This document shows positions 35,359 through 37,719 of a stretch of DNA of 37,719 nt, piece by piece. Below the pieces are notes generated by a model. That model was given only the letters and a program-made list of their open reading frames with translations, was not told the DNA's origin and did no database searches. Location of the stretch: the NCBI GenBank assembly GCA_964544065.1, contig CAZJBA010000004.1, forward strand, positions 1 through 37,719. Reading direction: 5' to 3'. Source of the stretch: an uncultured Anaerolineales bacterium. GTDB taxonomy: Bacteria; Chloroflexota; Anaerolineae; Anaerolineales; UBA11858. Made by a program: the position numbers and the translations under genes. The number at the start of each line of letters is the position of its first letter. Positions within the stretch are counted from its first letter, which is position 1.

Positions 35359-35443
35359 GATAAAGGCGCCCCTTTGGCGGACTCATATACTTTTCTTACT
35401 TTTTTCCTACATATTTTGTGTAGAATTACATAGGAAGATTGCA

Positions 35444-35484
35444 TTGACACCTTTCTACCGACTGATATACTACAAATATATCAG
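35444..35484 (+). promoter_or_regulatory. Sigma70-type promoter with an overlapping palindromic operator candidate upstream of the metV-metF fusion gene
   Basis: TTGACA (35444-35449), 16-nt spacer, TATACT (35466-35471). Inverted repeat CTGATATA (35462-35469)-N7-TATATCAG (35477-35484) covers the -10 box. Confidence 0.5.
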
Positions 35485-35556
35485 TGAAAATATAACAAGA
35501 TCAAACTCACACAATCATTCCAGCCCACCAACAGGCAATAAAGGAGCAAAGCATAG

Positions 35557-37122
35557 ATGTCGATTTTCTCACCACCAAGGTACCAAAAACCATACAAGCC
35601 CATGCGCAGGAAAGAGGAAGACAACCTTTTGATGGACATTTTCACCGCCGGTGAAAAACAACTCAAAGGGATCATGTTCAGTTGTCGTATGTGCGGCAAC
35701 TGCATCCTCCAAGAAACCGCTTTCGTTTGTCCGATGACATGCCCCAAGGGGCTTCGCAACGGGCTTTGTGGCGGAGCAACCCCTGAATCCTGCGAGGTTG
35801 ATCCTTCTCGCCCTTGCACATGGTACAAAATTTACGAACGCGCTGAAAAACTAGGCCGCTTAGACACGTTACTTGAGATCAACGCCCCCCTAGATGGCGA
35901 TCGCGTTGGTCGAGAGACCTGGATTGACTTGATTCAGACCTTCCGCGAGTATAAAGACAGCCCCAAACTCAAAGAGTTCTTCTCGAACCCGGAGAAATTC
36001 AAACAAGATTGGGACAATACCTTCCACGCGGTGCGGCAACCGGATTGGTGGCAGGGCGATAGCGACTATCATCCTCCCACCTACGAGGGCGTCAACTCTC
36101 TGCTGGAAGCCAATTTGGAAAGCGGGCAATTCACCTGCACCGCTGAAATCGCGCCCCCGCTCAGCGTATCCCCGCATGTGATCAGCAAAAAGGTTGGCTG
36201 GCTAGACGAATACGTTGCCGCCGCCAACTTCACCGACAATGCCTCCGCCTCCGCCCGCATGGGCAGCCTGGCGTCGAGCAAAATCTGCCTCGAGGCTGGT
36301 TTGGAGCCGGTGATGCAGTTACAGGCCCGTGACCGATCGCGCGTTGTGATCGAATCGGACGCCCTCGGCGCAGCCGGTCTAGGCATCAAAAACATCCTCT
36401 GCCTGACAGGCGATCACCACCGCTTTGGCCCTTCTCCAATGACAAAACCGGCTCAATTCGACCTTGACTCCATCCAAATGCTTTGGATGTTACGGCGCAT
36501 GCGCGACGAAGGTATTTACATCGACGGGCGCCCCGTCAAGAACCGACCCGAGTTCTACCTGGGTGCGGCCGCTTCCCCCTTTGGCGTTCCGCCAAAGTAC
36601 GAATCCATCCGCGTTGAGAAGAAAGTCAACGCAGGCGCGCAGTTCATCCAGACTCAGCCCGTATTCGACTACGATCGCTTCGTAGAATGGCTGGAAGCGC
36701 TTGACAAGCGGGACTTGCTTGACAAGGTTCACATCATGGCCGGGATCACGCCGATGAAGAGCGCCCGAGCGGCCCACTTCATGGCGGGCGAAGTTCCAGG
36801 CGTCTTCATTCCTGACCCCCTGGTCAAACGAATGGACGAAGCTGGCGACAAAGAAGGCCAGCAAGAAGAAGGCGTCGCCATCGCTCTCGAGGTCATCGAG
36901 AAGCTCAAAAACACGCCCGGAGTCAGCGGGCTACACATCATGGCCATTCACTGGGAGAGCGTCGTTCCCCGCCTGATGGACGAAGCCGGACTACCGAAGC
37001 CTCAAATCAAAAGTTTAGAACAAGTGGAAAAAGAGGCTGTAGCAGCCCCTAAGCAAAACCACCAAAGACAACAAGAAGTTGATATTTTTGAGGAGACACA
37101 TCGAAAAGGCCCAGGCAGATAG
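35557..37122 (+). CDS. MetV-MetF fusion: Cys-rich MTHFR_C-type domain fused N-terminally to a methylenetetrahydrofolate reductase domain
   Basis: N-terminus CRMCGNCILQETAFVCPMTCPKGLRNGLCGGATPESCEVDPSRPCTW, parallel to MetV. Then MetF motifs (CTAEIAPP, NFTDNASA, QLQARDRS, NILCLTGDH, FYLGAA, AQFIQTQPVFD). AAGGAG lies 10 nt upstream. Confidence 0.85.
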   Translation: MSIFSPPRYQKPYKPMRRKEEDNLLMDIFTAGEKQLKGIMFSCRMCGNCILQETAFVCPMTCPKGLRNGLCGGATPESCEVDPSRPCTWYKIYERAEKLGRLDTLLEINAPLDGDRVGRETWIDLIQTFREYKDSPKLKEFFSNPEKFKQDWDNTFHAVRQPDWWQGDSDYHPPTYEGVNSLLEANLESGQFTCTAEIAPPLSVSPHVISKKVGWLDEYVAAANFTDNASASARMGSLASSKICLEAGLEPVMQLQARDRSRVVIESDALGAAGLGIKNILCLTGDHHRFGPSPMTKPAQFDLDSIQMLWMLRRMRDEGIYIDGRPVKNRPEFYLGAAASPFGVPPKYESIRVEKKVNAGAQFIQTQPVFDYDRFVEWLEALDKRDLLDKVHIMAGITPMKSARAAHFMAGEVPGVFIPDPLVKRMDEAGDKEGQQEEGVAIALEVIEKLKNTPGVSGLHIMAIHWESVVPRLMDEAGLPKPQIKSLEQVEKEAVAAPKQNHQRQQEVDIFEETHRKGPGR

Positions 37123-37276
37123 CCTGGACCTTTTCTTATGCGAGAAAACGCAACCTAACCGTTTCGTTGGGGTTATCAATGGAGAACACCCTTGCAACCC
37201 GAATTAGTTAATGTACAATTCCAAAGTGTTGCAAACACAACTATTAGAAACACTCAACGAAATGGAGGCTCCTGCT

Positions 37277-37591
37277 ATGAATGAACCAATTACCAATGAC
37301 GATAAACTATGGGCCGCTTTAGGCTACCCCATTCCTCTCATTGCCATCATCGCTCTATTGATGGAAGAGAAAAAAGTTCGTCAATTTATCAAATTCCACG
37401 CGGTACAATCTCTAGCGTTAAACGTAGCTCTTTACATCGTTATGCTAATACTCGCTTTTACAGTCGTTGGCGCCATATGCGCGCCGATTCTTTGGCTGGT
37501 AACGTTATGGCCCGCCTTTGATTCCTACAACGGGAAATACACTGAAATCCCTGTGATTACAGACTTCATCAAGAACCAAGGCTGGGTCTAA
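37277..37591 (+). CDS. Small membrane protein (possibly DUF4870/Tic20-like)
   Basis: Hydrophobic helices. The ATG at 37277 follows GGAGG by 8 nt; the track start at 37211 is an alternative. Confidence 0.55.
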   Translation: MNEPITNDDKLWAALGYPIPLIAIIALLMEEKKVRQFIKFHAVQSLALNVALYIVMLILAFTVVGAICAPILWLVTLWPAFDSYNGKYTEIPVITDFIKNQGWV

Positions 37592-37613
37592 TTTCCATCT
37601 ACCCTGATGACAC

Positions 37614-37660
37614 AACCCCGTTTTCTCGCCACAATGAGCGAAAACGGGGTTTTTCTTAAT
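37614..37660 (+). terminator. Rho-independent terminator
   Basis: 12-bp perfect stem AACCCCGTTTTC (37614-37625) / GAAAACGGGGTT (37640-37651), followed by TTTCTTAAT. Confidence 0.7.
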
Positions 37661-37719
37661 CGCTTTACAATCAAGCATCTTGATATATGCAAGATATATT
37701 TTGCTTGACTTTTCAACTA

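Noticed and set aside
1-37719. CRISPR arrays, transposases/IS ends, integrases, prophage or defence-system genes, tRNA/rRNA genes (including a tRNA-Sec)
   Set aside because: No regularly spaced direct repeats, no recombinase-like ORFs and no cloverleaf-like segments were seen in the intergenic regions. The Sec machinery, if present, must lie outside this window.

Overview
Bacterial chromosomal segment with about 30 credible genes, all but one on the + strand. I recognised no rRNA, tRNA, CRISPR array, transposase or integrase. 0.1-9.4 kb holds two tandem receiver/HD-GYP regulators, DegV, three small membrane proteins, Tex, and a heat-shock block of three Hsp20 genes plus a zinc-finger-less DnaJ/CbpA-like gene. 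9.5-18.9 kb holds an amidinotransferase-fold enzyme, a PIG-L deacetylase, a nitroreductase, a large GNAT-like protein, a GPH/MFS transporter, a minus-strand B12-binding radical SAM enzyme and a HisKA_3 kinase/LuxR regulator pair. The interesting part is 19.5-37.1 kb. It is a tightly packed ~15.6 kb unit, hdrL1-mvhD1-RR-HK-hdrL2-mvhD2-metV-metF-hdrCB-orf186, followed by a separately promoted metV-metF fusion gene. I read this as a duplicated, probably NAD(P)H-linked, heterodisulfide-reductase-type flavin electron-bifurcation module coupled to methylene-tetrahydrofolate reductase, i.e. Wood-Ljungdahl-type C1 metabolism. Both mvhD genes are cut in the ORF track by an in-frame TGA. In each case the TGA sits on a conserved Cys position and is followed at the same distance by the same hairpin, so I interpret both as selenocysteine codons with SECIS-like elements. 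Other points: a two-component system embedded in the redox operon, an unknown Cys-rich ORF inside it, a ~500 nt structured leader behind a near-consensus promoter, and several intergenic regions built from short words repeated in tandem and then inverted. All domain calls come from motif recognition by eye; no database search was run.
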